Of a DNA stretch of 64,000 nt, positions 1 to 9,465 are shown one piece after another. The notes beneath the pieces are model-generated. The model had not been told where the DNA came from, made no database searches, and saw only the letters and a program-made list of their open reading frames with translations. This stretch comes from Candidatus Zambryskiibacteriota bacterium (lineage in GTDB: Bacteria > Patescibacteriota > Minisyncoccia > Phycocordibacterales > DATDWN01): contig PPGI01000010.1 of NCBI GenBank assembly GCA_003173855.1, positions 148,696 through 212,695 of the forward strand, written 5' to 3'. The translations under genes were made by a program, and so were the position numbers. Numbering within the stretch: position 1 is the first letter of the stretch; the number at the start of each line of letters is the position of its first letter.

Positions 1-28
1 TACACCTAGATTAAAAATAAATTATGAA

Positions 29-484
29 TTAGCTTAAGAGAGAATCAACAACAGATTTAACGGTGTCACCATCAGCTTTGCCTTTAAGTTCTTTCATAAC
101 AGCGCCCATAAGTTGTCCTGATTTTGATTTATCTGTAATACCAAGCTCTTGCATTTTCTTTTTTGCAACAATCTCGACTTCATCTTTTGACATCATTTGT
201 GGCAAATATGTTTCAAGAATAGTTAATTCTGCTTTTTCATGCAGTGCAAGTTCGTCTCTTCCACCTTTAGAAAATTGCTCAATTGAATCCTTTCTTTGTT
301 TTACTTGCCGTCTAATAACATTTAAGGCTTCATCGTCCGTGAGCTCATCAGTTGGCATTCGTTTTAAGGAAACAAGCTCATTTGTAAATGCACTGACAAG
401 TCCGCGAACAACATTTAGCCGGACAGTATCTTTATTTTTCATTGCTTCCTTTATTTGATTTCGAATATCTTGATGAATTGACAT
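29..484 (-). CDS. yqeY: GatB/YqeY domain protein
   Basis: 'IKEAMKNKD..RLNVVR', 'RKDSIEQFSKGGR.EL', 'GAVMKELKGKADG' YqeY motifs. Confidence 0.92.
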   Translation of the reverse strand: MSIHQDIRNQIKEAMKNKDTVRLNVVRGLVSAFTNELVSLKRMPTDELTDDEALNVIRRQVKQRKDSIEQFSKGGRDELALHEKAELTILETYLPQMMSKDEVEIVAKKKMQELGITDKSKSGQLMGAVMKELKGKADGDTVKSVVDSLLS

Positions 485-485
485 A

Positions 486-587
486 TTATTTAATTATTAA
501 AAAAATTCCAAAAAAAATAACGATCATTATAATAGTCCAGAAAATTTTTGGATGCTTTAAATAATGCACCAATAAATAATACATCAT
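486..587 (-). CDS. possible 33-aa membrane peptide (MMYYLLVHYLKHPKIFWTIIMIVIFFGIFLIIK)
   Basis: Read manually; stop ends 1 nt before the yqeY ATG; one hydrophobic helix, but very AT-rich DNA can produce this by chance. Confidence 0.3.
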   Translation of the reverse strand: MMYYLLVHYLKHPKIFWTIIMIVIFFGIFLIIK

Positions 588-899
588 TTAGTCGCAAGAG
601 TCATTTTTTAGAACATACAAATTTATTTATTACAAGTAGCTAAAAAATTATTATTATGTAGACTTCAACAAGTAGTGGACTTTTAATTTTTAGCAGAACT
701 ATTTATAGCAGATGCGGACTAATATTGTCCAACTTCTGATTATCTGCGAAATATTTATATTCCACTACTCTTAATAGTTAATTATTCTCATCATTATGAG
801 ACATTTTTTCTTATGGTAGATATTATATATCTCCTTCTCTTTTTTATGATTGTTCGAGAACTAAAAAAATAAACAATTATTATAAATTAATTAAATTAT

Positions 900-1952
900 A
901 TGGAAATTATAATCGGTATATTAGCATTTATTGCTGGTGCATTGTTTTTTTATTTTACTAGGCCAAAAAATATTGATAATCAATCACTAAAACTTATTCT
1001 AGAACAAGTAAATGAAGTAAATCGTAATGTAGATAAAAAATTAGGAGAAGGAACTAATCTTATGTTTAATTCTTTTTCTGAATCACAGAAACTTGCTTCA
1101 GATATACGAGATCTGGTTCACAAACAACTATCAGAAGTTGCAAAGGAACAAGTAAAAACAAATGAAGCCACGACTAGGTTTATGAATATTGCTGAGCAAC
1201 TATCAAATCTTGAGAAAGTTTTAAAACATCAAAAGCAAAGAGGAAATCTAGGCGAAGCTTCTCTTGAGCTTATTTTGTCTAACATTCTTCCTCCTGGTTC
1301 ATATAAAATGCAATATCAATTACAAGGAGGGGGAACACCTGATGCTGTAATTATTACTAAAGAAGGGATTGTACCTATTGATGCAAAATTTTCGTTGGAT
1401 AACTACAATCGTCTATCAAACGAATCAGACGAAGTTAGAAAAGTTGAGTTAGAGAAACAGTTCAAGAATGATTTGAAGCTTAGAATTGATGAAACAGCAA
1501 AATATGTTCGACCAAAAGATGGGACCTTGCCGTTTGCTTTTATGTACATTCCAGCTGAAGCAATATACTATGATTTATTAGTTAATGAGGTTGGTTCAGT
1601 AAAAGTTAATACTAGAAACCTTATCGACTACGCTTATAATGAAAAGAAAGTAATTATAGTTTCTCCAACTACTTTTGCAGCATATTTACAATCTGTATTA
1701 TATGGTCTTAAAGCATTTAAAATAGAGGAAACAGCGAAGGATATAGTAAAAAATGTTGAAGCTCTATCAAGACATATAAAAGCGTACGATGAGTATTATA
1801 GAAAACTTGGTATTTCACTTAATACTGTTGCTAATCACTATAGTGCTGGCTACAAAGAATTAAACAAGATTGATAAAGATGTTTTAAAAATAACAGGAGA
1901 AGGAATGGGGATAGAACCTCTAGTTGTAGAAAAATCCTTAATTGAGAATTAA
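900..1952 (+). CDS. rmuC: DNA recombination protein RmuC
   Basis: N-terminal TM, coiled coil, 'RGNLGE..LE', 'PDAVI', 'IDAKF', 'FAFMYIPAEAIY', 'VSPTT'. Confidence 0.93.
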   Translation: MEIIIGILAFIAGALFFYFTRPKNIDNQSLKLILEQVNEVNRNVDKKLGEGTNLMFNSFSESQKLASDIRDLVHKQLSEVAKEQVKTNEATTRFMNIAEQLSNLEKVLKHQKQRGNLGEASLELILSNILPPGSYKMQYQLQGGGTPDAVIITKEGIVPIDAKFSLDNYNRLSNESDEVRKVELEKQFKNDLKLRIDETAKYVRPKDGTLPFAFMYIPAEAIYYDLLVNEVGSVKVNTRNLIDYAYNEKKVIIVSPTTFAAYLQSVLYGLKAFKIEETAKDIVKNVEALSRHIKAYDEYYRKLGISLNTVANHYSAGYKELNKIDKDVLKITGEGMGIEPLVVEKSLIEN

Positions 1953-2016
1953 AGAATACTACAAAAACTTGCAAAATAGGGCTAATTTGTGTAGTATTTG
2001 GCCATAATTAAAAAGT

Positions 2017-2334
2017 ATGGAATTTGCAGTTATAGAAACAGGTGGCAAGCAATACAAGGTCTATCCAGGCCAAAGTCTAAAAATTGAGAAAATCAAAGGT
2101 GATTTTAAGGTGGGTGATAAGCTTGTTTTTGATAAAGTAATGCTTGTTGAAAGCGGCAATGATACTACAATCGGTACTCCTTACATTGCTAAAGCAAAGG
2201 TGGAAGGAACTCTGGAAGAAATGGGACGATATCCGACAGTTGAGGTGGTTAAATACAAGCAAAAATCTCGCTACTATAAAAGAAATGGTCACCGACAGCC
2301 ATACTTTAAAGTAAAGATTGGAGCTATTAAATAA
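2017..2334 (+). CDS. rplU: 50S ribosomal protein L21
   Basis: 'FAVIETGGKQYKV', 'GHRQPY'. Confidence 0.97.
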   Translation: MEFAVIETGGKQYKVYPGQSLKIEKIKGDFKVGDKLVFDKVMLVESGNDTTIGTPYIAKAKVEGTLEEMGRYPTVEVVKYKQKSRYYKRNGHRQPYFKVKIGAIK

Positions 2335-2363
2335 AAAACAGACGCCAGCGGGGCGTCTGTTTT
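2335..2363. terminator. bidirectional intrinsic terminator
   Basis: AAAACAGACGCC-loop-GGCGTCTGTTTT between convergent genes. Confidence 0.8.
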
Positions 2364-2390
2364 GCTAGGCGCTCTTTTCAGAGCCCTCAA

Positions 2391-2564
2391 TCAGGCATGC
2401 CATTGATTGTGTCCATGATTTTTTTGTGCAAGCCAATCCCACATGAATTGAGCTTGTTGAATCGAAAAGCCTCCACTGGCAATAGCTTGCTGAATAAACC
2501 TTTGCTTTGCTTCTTCAAGTCGTTTTTCTTCTTGAAATTTTTGAAGCTTATCTGCAAATGACAT
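2391..2564 (-). CDS. orphan small protein (57 aa, MSFADKLQ...), solitary cassette
   Basis: TTGAAA-17-TAAAAT promoter overlapping the recR end, SD GGAGG, ATG at 2564, terminator downstream. Confidence 0.65.
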   Translation of the reverse strand: MSFADKLQKFQEEKRLEEAKQRFIQQAIASGGFSIQQAQFMWDWLAQKNHGHNQWHA

Positions 2565-2591
2565 CAAACCCTCCAATTTGATTTTACTATT

Positions 2592-3200
2592 TTACTGTCG
2601 ATTTTTCAATGCATTTTTTATTGTGTCTGGGTCAGAATATTCAAGTTCTGTGCCAAGGGATATTCCACGACCAAGTGTTGAAATTTTAATAGTATATTTG
2701 TCTGTCAGTGGTTTTATGATTTCTGTTAAATATGAAAGAGTATTTTCACCCTCGGGATTATAATTTAGAGCAATAATAATTTCTGAAAGACCATTTTTTA
2801 TTCTTCTCTCCACTATATTTGTTAAATCTTTTTGCCTGATTTTTTTATCTGGATTTTTTTCTAAAATTGGAATTGTTCCACCCAAAATAAAATAATAACC
2901 ATTATAAAATTTAGTTTTTTCAATATTTTCAAAATCAACATCATGCGAAACGATCATTAACGTACTTTTATCACGATCCTGATCCCGGCAAATCGGACAA
3001 GTCTTTTCATCCCCTGGAAAAAAACGAAAACAACTATCACAGAGTCGAACAGTTTTGCGAATATCTAAAATCAGCTTCGACAGCTCGCTTAAATAAGCAG
3101 GATTTCTGTTTAAAAGATAATAAACAAATCGTTTAGCTTGTCTCGGTCCGATTCCTGGAAATTGCTTAAAGAGTTCAATCAGTTTCTCGATACTATCCAT
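2592..3200 (-). CDS. recR: recombination mediator RecR
   Basis: 'PGIGPRQAKR' HhH, C4 zinc finger, Toprim 'NPEGE', 'GTELEYSD'. Confidence 0.96.
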   Translation of the reverse strand: MDSIEKLIELFKQFPGIGPRQAKRFVYYLLNRNPAYLSELSKLILDIRKTVRLCDSCFRFFPGDEKTCPICRDQDRDKSTLMIVSHDVDFENIEKTKFYNGYYFILGGTIPILEKNPDKKIRQKDLTNIVERRIKNGLSEIIIALNYNPEGENTLSYLTEIIKPLTDKYTIKISTLGRGISLGTELEYSDPDTIKNALKNRQ

Positions 3201-3233
3201 AACAGGAATAATATCACAACCCTGGTTTATTAT

Positions 3234-4628
3234 TTAAAATTCATTAAACTCTTTATTACTGTGTTGTTTATCTATACTTTGAAATGTTGTTTTTTGAGCA
3301 TTAAAAAATAATTCAACTCGTCCAGTTTCGCCATTTCGATGTTTTTCAATTAAAATTTCGGCAATATTAGTTTTTTCTGACTCCTCTTTATATTTATCTT
3401 CGCGATGAATGAACATTACAACATCTGCATCTTGCTCGATTGACCCTGAATCACGAAGATCTGATAGGCGAGGGCGACCGCCACGCTGCTCTACTGCTCG
3501 AGAAAGTTGTGAAAGGGCAAGCACTGGCACCTCAAGCTCTCGAGCAAGATTTTTAAGCGAGTGGGAAATTTCTGTCACTTGCTGAACTACATTGTCACTT
3601 TTTGTATTTGTTGGAACCATTAATTGCAAGTAATCAACAACAATTAATCCTAAACCTTTTTCGCTTTTTAATCGTCGGGCAATTGAGCGCATTTTCAAAA
3701 TGTTGTTTCCTGGCTGATCATCGATGAAAATTGGAGCCTTATTTAGTCTATCCAAGGACTCGCGAAGTGCTTGGAAGTCATTTTGCCGAGATAGTCTGCC
3801 AGTTCGAAGCTTCCAAGCATCAACATTTGATTGAGCAGCAAGCATACGATCAACTAACTGTTGTGAACTCATCTCAAGCGAGAAAATTCCGACATTAACG
3901 TTGTTATCAACTGCTGCTTGTCGGGCAATATCAAGTGCTAGAGAAGTTTTTCCTGTTGATGGGCGACCTGCAAGAATAATAAGATCTGATTTTTGAAGTC
4001 CAGAAAGTTTGTTATCAATATCAACAAACCCTGTCGGTACACCTCGAATGCCAACATTGTCAGAGTGCAGTTTGTCCAATCTGTCCCAAGCTTCAGCAAG
4101 TTCTTCAGCAATAGCCACAAATTTGTGCGTCGTATTTATATTTGTGACTTCAAAAAGTTTTTTCTCTGCACTGTCAAGCATTTCCTCAAGTTCTTTTTGT
4201 TCATCATAGGCTACTTGAGAAATATGATCTGATGCTTCAATCAAACGTCGCATCATATATTTTTTCTGCACTATCAGTGCATAATATTGAGCATTTGAAG
4301 ACGATGGAACAACATTAACGATTTCAGTTAAATAAGTATTACCGCCGATCTGATCAAGCCAACCTTTTTCTTTTAGTCTCGAAGATACTGAAAGCAAATC
4401 AATAGGAGATCTTTTCGAGAAAAGTTCAATCATTGTCTCAAAAATGATCCTATGTTTTTCAGAATAAAATGAGTCTGCGTTAACAATGTCATTAATATCA
4501 AAAAGTGCATCTGGCCGGAGCAGAATTGAGCCAAGGAGCGCCATTTCAGCTTCCAAATTTTGCGGAGGAATACGTAAACGGTTTTGAATTGTCTGCGTTA
4601 TGATTGTCTGCTTCATTTCAATAATCAT
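3234..4628 (-). CDS. dnaB: replicative DNA helicase (start may be 4616)
   Basis: 'PPQNLEAE', Walker A 'GRPSTGKT', 'VDYLQLM', 'SQLSRAVEQR', 'LRDSGSIEQDAD'. Confidence 0.98.
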   Translation of the reverse strand: MIIEMKQTIITQTIQNRLRIPPQNLEAEMALLGSILLRPDALFDINDIVNADSFYSEKHRIIFETMIELFSKRSPIDLLSVSSRLKEKGWLDQIGGNTYLTEIVNVVPSSSNAQYYALIVQKKYMMRRLIEASDHISQVAYDEQKELEEMLDSAEKKLFEVTNINTTHKFVAIAEELAEAWDRLDKLHSDNVGIRGVPTGFVDIDNKLSGLQKSDLIILAGRPSTGKTSLALDIARQAAVDNNVNVGIFSLEMSSQQLVDRMLAAQSNVDAWKLRTGRLSRQNDFQALRESLDRLNKAPIFIDDQPGNNILKMRSIARRLKSEKGLGLIVVDYLQLMVPTNTKSDNVVQQVTEISHSLKNLARELEVPVLALSQLSRAVEQRGGRPRLSDLRDSGSIEQDADVVMFIHREDKYKEESEKTNIAEILIEKHRNGETGRVELFFNAQKTTFQSIDKQHSNKEFNEF

Positions 4629-4725
4629 TTTATCATGAGCATAATTTATTTTGTAAATTAAGAAATATAGAACAACCTGTGGATTAAATACGGCATTTCT
4701 GCTATAAATATTTTAGAGGTGATGC

Positions 4726-4830
4726 ATGTTTGAAATTGCTTGGCGAGTTTGCCGCGTCAATCGTGTAAGATTGCTTCTCGTTGCAGTTCTTTTGCCAATG
4801 TTTTTGATTGTTTTTCAATCACTCAAATGA
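4726..4830 (+). CDS. orphan 34-aa membrane peptide (MFEIAWRVCRVNRVRLLLVAVLLPMFLIVFQSLK)
   Basis: Read manually; TGcTATAAA -10, SD GAGGTG, stop sits in hairpin 4826-4851. Confidence 0.55.
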   Translation: MFEIAWRVCRVNRVRLLLVAVLLPMFLIVFQSLK

Positions 4831-4851
4831 CCCGGATTTTTCCGGGTCATT
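4826..4851. terminator. hairpin between the small ORF and convergent cysS
   Basis: AATGACCCGGA-tttt-TCCGGGTCATT perfect inverted repeat. Confidence 0.7.
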
Positions 4852-6216
4852 CTATTTAGGTAAAACTTCTGCTCCTTCTTCTCGATCGTTAACTAAAAAA
4901 CCAAGTTCTTCAATTTGCGCTCGAATCTCATCACTAGTTTTAAAATCTTTATTTTTTCGAGCTTCCTCACGTTTTAAAATCATATCTTTAATATGTTCAG
5001 GAATTTCAAAATCCTCTTTTTTATCAAGCTTTAATCCTAAAATTTTATCAAAATTTAAAATTGTAGATTTTTTGCCTATCGCATGTTCATCACGAAGTAA
5101 TTCAGAAATAAGGGCAATGACTTTTGCCGTATCAAGATCATCATTAACAAAACTTTCAAATTTACTTTTATAGGCTTCGTTTATTTCACTGGAGTCATTA
5201 AGTTCACCAATTTTCATTCTTAAACGTTTCAAGGCATTTTGAGCTCCCTCTAATGCTTCCCAGCTGAATTGAAGTTGGGAAGAGTATCGGGCAGTCAAAA
5301 ATAAATATCTCAAAGCTAGGGGATCAACATTTTTTTCTCGCAGAGTCTCTAATGTTATGTAATTTCCTTCTGACTTTGCCATTTTGGCAGAATTAACATT
5401 TAAAAAGGCATTGTGAAGCCAATAGTTTGCAAGTGGAACACCATAAGCAGATTCGGATTGAGCAATTTCGTTATTGTGATGAACTGGAATGTGATCAATT
5501 CCACCTGTGTGAATATCAAAAGGCTGTCCAAGATATTTTCGTGACATTGCCGAACATTCAATATGCCATCCCGGGAAGCCTTTGCCGAACGGAGCATCGT
5601 ATCCAAGCTCATTGTTAAATTTCCATAGAGCAAAGTCACGAGGATTTTTCTTTTCAGGATTTAGACCAATCCTACTTTTTTCCACATCCGAAAGATTTAT
5701 TTTTCCAAGTTTTCCGTAATCTTTGTACTTCGATATATCGAAGTACAGCCCATCAGAAGTATTATAAGTTATTCCTTTTTCAATAAGTTTTTCAATTATT
5801 TCAATATCTTCTTTTATATGATCACTTGCAAAAGGGAAGTGCTCTGGAGTTTCAATGTTTAAGGCATTCAAATCCTCTTTAAATTTTAAAAAATAAAAAT
5901 CTGCCACTTCTCGCATAGCTTCAAGCGTTATCGGTTTTCCTTCTCGTTTGAGTGCTTTGGTCATTTTATCCTCACCAGAATCCTCATCACTTGAGAGATG
6001 GCCAATATCTGTAATGTTTATTACCTGATCTACTTTATATCCGTTGTATTCAAACATTCTGCGCAAAATATCAGCAAAAACATAGCTGCGAAGATTGCCA
6101 ATATGAGCGTAATCGTAAACAGTCGGTCCACAATTATAAATTCCGATTAAATTTTCATTAATCGATTTAAATTTTTCTTTCTTTCCGGAAAGAGTATTTT
6201 CTAAAAAAATATCCAT
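4852..6216 (-). CDS. cysS: cysteine--tRNA ligase
   Basis: '[13 protein letters not shown]', '[11 protein letters not shown]', 'KMAKS'. Confidence 0.98.
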   Translation of the reverse strand: MDIFLENTLSGKKEKFKSINENLIGIYNCGPTVYDYAHIGNLRSYVFADILRRMFEYNGYKVDQVINITDIGHLSSDEDSGEDKMTKALKREGKPITLEAMREVADFYFLKFKEDLNALNIETPEHFPFASDHIKEDIEIIEKLIEKGITYNTSDGLYFDISKYKDYGKLGKINLSDVEKSRIGLNPEKKNPRDFALWKFNNELGYDAPFGKGFPGWHIECSAMSRKYLGQPFDIHTGGIDHIPVHHNNEIAQSESAYGVPLANYWLHNAFLNVNSAKMAKSEGNYITLETLREKNVDPLALRYLFLTARYSSQLQFSWEALEGAQNALKRLRMKIGELNDSSEINEAYKSKFESFVNDDLDTAKVIALISELLRDEHAIGKKSTILNFDKILGLKLDKKEDFEIPEHIKDMILKREEARKNKDFKTSDEIRAQIEELGFLVNDREEGAEVLPK

Positions 6217-6217
6217 G

Positions 6218-7012
6218 TTATCTTAATATCGCAATCAAAATACTTATTATAAATAGTACAGCGCCAATTAATGTCCAACGTTTGATAGTCTCATTTTGTT
6301 TAGCAGTAAGAAGGGAATTGTCTGTATCGCGTAGCTCTTTTAGCATATCCATGTTTGATTTAATTGTCGTATTGATCTTCAAATAATCAAGAATAATCGA
6401 ATCCATTTCTTTTGCAAAATCTTCGCCAAAAATTTCATTGCCACGACGTTTCAAAGTTTCCAAAATTTCGTGGTGTAAATCTGTCACTCGTTTGAATTCA
6501 AGTAGAGTTCTTGTAATTTCTGAAATAGAAACAACCATTTGGCGCTCTTTATTTTCAAAAATTTCTTTGGTAATTTTCTCAATATTGTCCTCAATTGCTT
6601 CGAGCTCTTCAAAAACACTGTTATATAACTCGCGAAGCATTCTAACAAAAATTTTATGTGAGCCAGAAGTTTGATTATTTTCCAAGATCTCTTCAACTTC
6701 CAAATCTTTGCCAAGTTTGTGCAAGGCATCAATTGTGTCATATCGTGCAGTAATCAGTGCGTCTTTACCAACAATAAAATCAATTTCTTGGTTTGATTCT
6801 GCAGAATGTGTGTGTTTCCAAGCAGGGAAATGAAGAATTAAATATACATATTCCTCGTGAAATTCGATTCGGGGTTTTGGCGTTGCTGCAGTCAACTCCT
6901 TAGCCACAAACGGATGAATGTTGTATTTGTCCATTAAGGAGTGGATTTCTTCCGGAGTGCCGTGATCAATATCAATCCATGTTTCTCCACCCAATTTGTA
7001 AGTTTTTATCAT
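6218..7012 (-). CDS. CorA-family cation transporter-like protein, C-terminally shortened
   Basis: 'WIDI..GT.EE', 'PRIEF', 'EIDFIVG', helical stalk, 'KQNETIK'; one TM and no GMN motif; likely start 7012. Confidence 0.75.
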   Translation of the reverse strand: MIKTYKLGGETWIDIDHGTPEEIHSLMDKYNIHPFVAKELTAATPKPRIEFHEEYVYLILHFPAWKHTHSAESNQEIDFIVGKDALITARYDTIDALHKLGKDLEVEEILENNQTSGSHKIFVRMLRELYNSVFEELEAIEDNIEKITKEIFENKERQMVVSISEITRTLLEFKRVTDLHHEILETLKRRGNEIFGEDFAKEMDSIILDYLKINTTIKSNMDMLKELRDTDNSLLTAKQNETIKRWTLIGAVLFIISILIAILR

Positions 7013-7078
7013 AACCAAATTATATAGAAAAATTAACTTATTGACCACCACATTTTTTTGCGAGATAATGTATTAAAT

Positions 7079-8305
7079 ATGGAAGTTTTCAAGTTTCGCG
7101 CTTACATTATTGGTGGTCTCCTAATTCTCGGGGCCGTATTTTTTTCAGGATTCTACATTGGTGATCAATCAGGCAAGCATTCAATTGCCCAATCTATTAT
7201 TTTAAATTCTACGTCGACAGATGAGACTATTGATTTTGCACCATTTTGGAAGGTCTGGAATGCTATAAACGAAAAATATATTCCAACAAACAGTACATCA
7301 ACTAACAGTGTGGTTTCAAACCAAACTCGGGTTTATGGAGCAATTTCTGGAATGGTTGACTCGCTTGGCGATCCTTACACAGTATTTTTCCCACCGGTTG
7401 AAGCGAAACAATTTAGTCAAGAAATTGGCGGCCAAATTGAGGGTGTTGGAATGGAAGTCGACGTTGTTGACGGAGTCTTAACAGTTATTTCTCCTGTAAA
7501 AGGCACTCCGGCATACAATGCTGGCATGAAAACTGGAGATAAGATTTTAAAAATTAATGATACAATTACAACAGGACTAACTACACAACAAGCAATAAAT
7601 ATTATTCGAGGCAAAAAAGGAACATCAGTCACGCTCACAGTTTCCCGCACGGAGATTAAGGATCCATTCCAAGTAACAATGGTTCGTGATGTTATAAATC
7701 TTCCTACAGTTGATACAGATACAAAAGGTGATGTCTTTATCATTAAACTTTACAGTTTTTCAGCAATTTCACCGAATTTGTTTCGTGATGCTCTCAGATC
7801 ATTTGTTCAATCAGGAAAATCTAAATTAATCATTGATTTGCGCGGGAATCCGGGCGGTTATCTTGAAGCGGCTCAAGATATTGCTTCGTGGTTCCTGCCA
7901 ACAGGGGATGTGGTTGTAAAAGAAGAATTCCGTGATCCAAATGATGAGCAAATTTATCGTTCAAAAGGTTACAATATTTTCAATGATCAATTAAAACTTG
8001 TTATTTTAATTGATGGCGGTTCGGCTAGTGCTTCAGAAATTCTTGCCGGTGCATTGCATGACCATGGCATTGCCACTCTTATTGGCGCACAGTCATTTGG
8101 TAAAGGTTCTGTTCAGGAACTTGTGCAGATTACATCTGATACTTCTCTAAAAGTAACCATTGCAAAGTGGCTCACACCAAACGGCATTTCTATTTCACAT
8201 CAAGGTTTGACTCCGGATATTGCTGTTAAGCTCGATGAGGATGCTTTTAAGAAGGGTAACGATACCCAATTAAACAAAGCATTAGAATTCCTAAGCTCAA
8301 AATAA
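7079..8305 (+). CDS. ctpA: S41 carboxyl-terminal processing protease (PDZ)
   Basis: 'DLRGNPGG', 'SASASEILAGAL', 'SFGKGSVQ', 'AKWLTPNG'. Confidence 0.93.
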   Translation: MEVFKFRAYIIGGLLILGAVFFSGFYIGDQSGKHSIAQSIILNSTSTDETIDFAPFWKVWNAINEKYIPTNSTSTNSVVSNQTRVYGAISGMVDSLGDPYTVFFPPVEAKQFSQEIGGQIEGVGMEVDVVDGVLTVISPVKGTPAYNAGMKTGDKILKINDTITTGLTTQQAINIIRGKKGTSVTLTVSRTEIKDPFQVTMVRDVINLPTVDTDTKGDVFIIKLYSFSAISPNLFRDALRSFVQSGKSKLIIDLRGNPGGYLEAAQDIASWFLPTGDVVVKEEFRDPNDEQIYRSKGYNIFNDQLKLVILIDGGSASASEILAGALHDHGIATLIGAQSFGKGSVQELVQITSDTSLKVTIAKWLTPNGISISHQGLTPDIAVKLDEDAFKKGNDTQLNKALEFLSSK

Positions 8306-8342
8306 TTTTGAAAGAATTGTGCTTTGTGTTAATCTAGTTTGC

Positions 8343-8786
8343 ATGAAAGTTATATTACTGAAAGATGTTGCCAAAGTTGGCAGACGATACGATATCAAAG
8401 ATGTTTCAGATGGCTTTGCTCAAAACATGCTCATTCCTCGAGGCATGGCACAAATTGCTACTCCAAGTGCTATAAAAAATGTCGAGATGATGAAATCTCG
8501 GGACTTAACCAATAAAAAAATTGAAGAAGATTTGCTTTTGAAGAACTTGGATACAATTAAAAATTTAAAAATTTTTTTGAAAGAAAAAGCCAACGACAAA
8601 GGTCACTTGTTTAAAGGCATTACGCGCGAAATGCTTGCTCACGAGATTGAAAAAGAAACAAAATTCAAATTAAATTCTGACTCAATTATTTTAGATAAAC
8701 CATTAAAAGAAGTTGGCGAGCACAAAGTTTCTATCGAAGCATTAGGAAAGAAAGCTGAATTTAGTGTCGAAATTAAAGCAGCTTAG
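8343..8786 (+). CDS. rplI: 50S ribosomal protein L9
   Basis: '[13 protein letters not shown]...[13 protein letters not shown]'. Confidence 0.96.
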   Translation: MKVILLKDVAKVGRRYDIKDVSDGFAQNMLIPRGMAQIATPSAIKNVEMMKSRDLTNKKIEEDLLLKNLDTIKNLKIFLKEKANDKGHLFKGITREMLAHEIEKETKFKLNSDSIILDKPLKEVGEHKVSIEALGKKAEFSVEIKAA

Positions 8787-9055
8787 ATTACGTGAACAAC
8801 TTTCTTTGAAATTGTTTTTGAATCAAAACTAGTTTTTCGTCTTATTCCAAATTGAACTGTACCAGCAGTTAGTGCAAATAGTGTGTGGTCTTTTCCAATG
8901 CCAACATTTCTGCCAGGCAAAACATCTGTACCTCGTTGTCGTATGATAACTGAACCAGCAGAAGCTTTATCTCCATGCGTCAATTTAACCCCAAGGTATT
9001 TTGGATTTGAATCGCGCCCGTTTTTTGATGTTCCAGCTGACTTTTTATGTGCCAT
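8783..9055 (-). CDS. rpmA: 50S ribosomal protein L27
   Basis: '[20 protein letters not shown]', 'RQRGT', 'GKDHTLFAL'. Confidence 0.98.
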   Translation of the reverse strand: MAHKKSAGTSKNGRDSNPKYLGVKLTHGDKASAGSVIIRQRGTDVLPGRNVGIGKDHTLFALTAGTVQFGIRRKTSFDSKTISKKVVHVI

Positions 9056-9076
9056 GACTTATGTTAAGTTAGTCAC

Positions 9077-9424
9077 ATGAATATACAGGAATTCGTCGAT
9101 AAAATCAAGCCTTTATTCTGGATTCTACTAATTGCTATTTTAGGGCTAATTATATGGGAAGTTTTAAAAATTTCTGATTTAGAATCAAAACAGAGCCCAA
9201 TCCGCATTATTTACGGCAATGCAAGCTCCACATCTCTCATTCCTGCATCATTTGAAACAACAACTGCTGAAGTAATCGGTTCAAAATCTGGTAAAAAATA
9301 TTACTTTCCATGGTGTAGCACTGTCTCGAAAATTAAACCTGAAAATCAAGTCCACTTCGCTTCGATCGAATTAGCAAGATCAGCGGGATTTGTAGCTGGT
9401 GGTAATTGCAAAGGCTTGCAATAA
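9077..9424 (+). CDS. membrane-anchored protein with Ada-like metal-binding C-terminal domain
   Basis: N-terminal TM; 'GSKSGKKYYFPWC...IKPEN..F....A..AGF...NC'. Confidence 0.7.
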   Translation: MNIQEFVDKIKPLFWILLIAILGLIIWEVLKISDLESKQSPIRIIYGNASSTSLIPASFETTTAEVIGSKSGKKYYFPWCSTVSKIKPENQVHFASIELARSAGFVAGGNCKGLQ

Positions 9425-9465
9425 TCTTAATTGACCTATGTTTAAATTTAAGTTAATGTTTCAAA

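Noticed and set aside
63-458. Antisense and alternate-frame ORFs in the track (e.g. 63-458, 4808-5173, 7417-7743, 38567-38902, 41644-42066, 56077-56391)
   Set aside because: They shadow well-supported genes, have Ser/Phe-rich antisense composition and lack expression signals.
590-899. Hidden gene or ncRNA in the AT-rich yqeY-rmuC spacer
   Set aside because: No sizeable ORF, stable structure or repeat could be supported.
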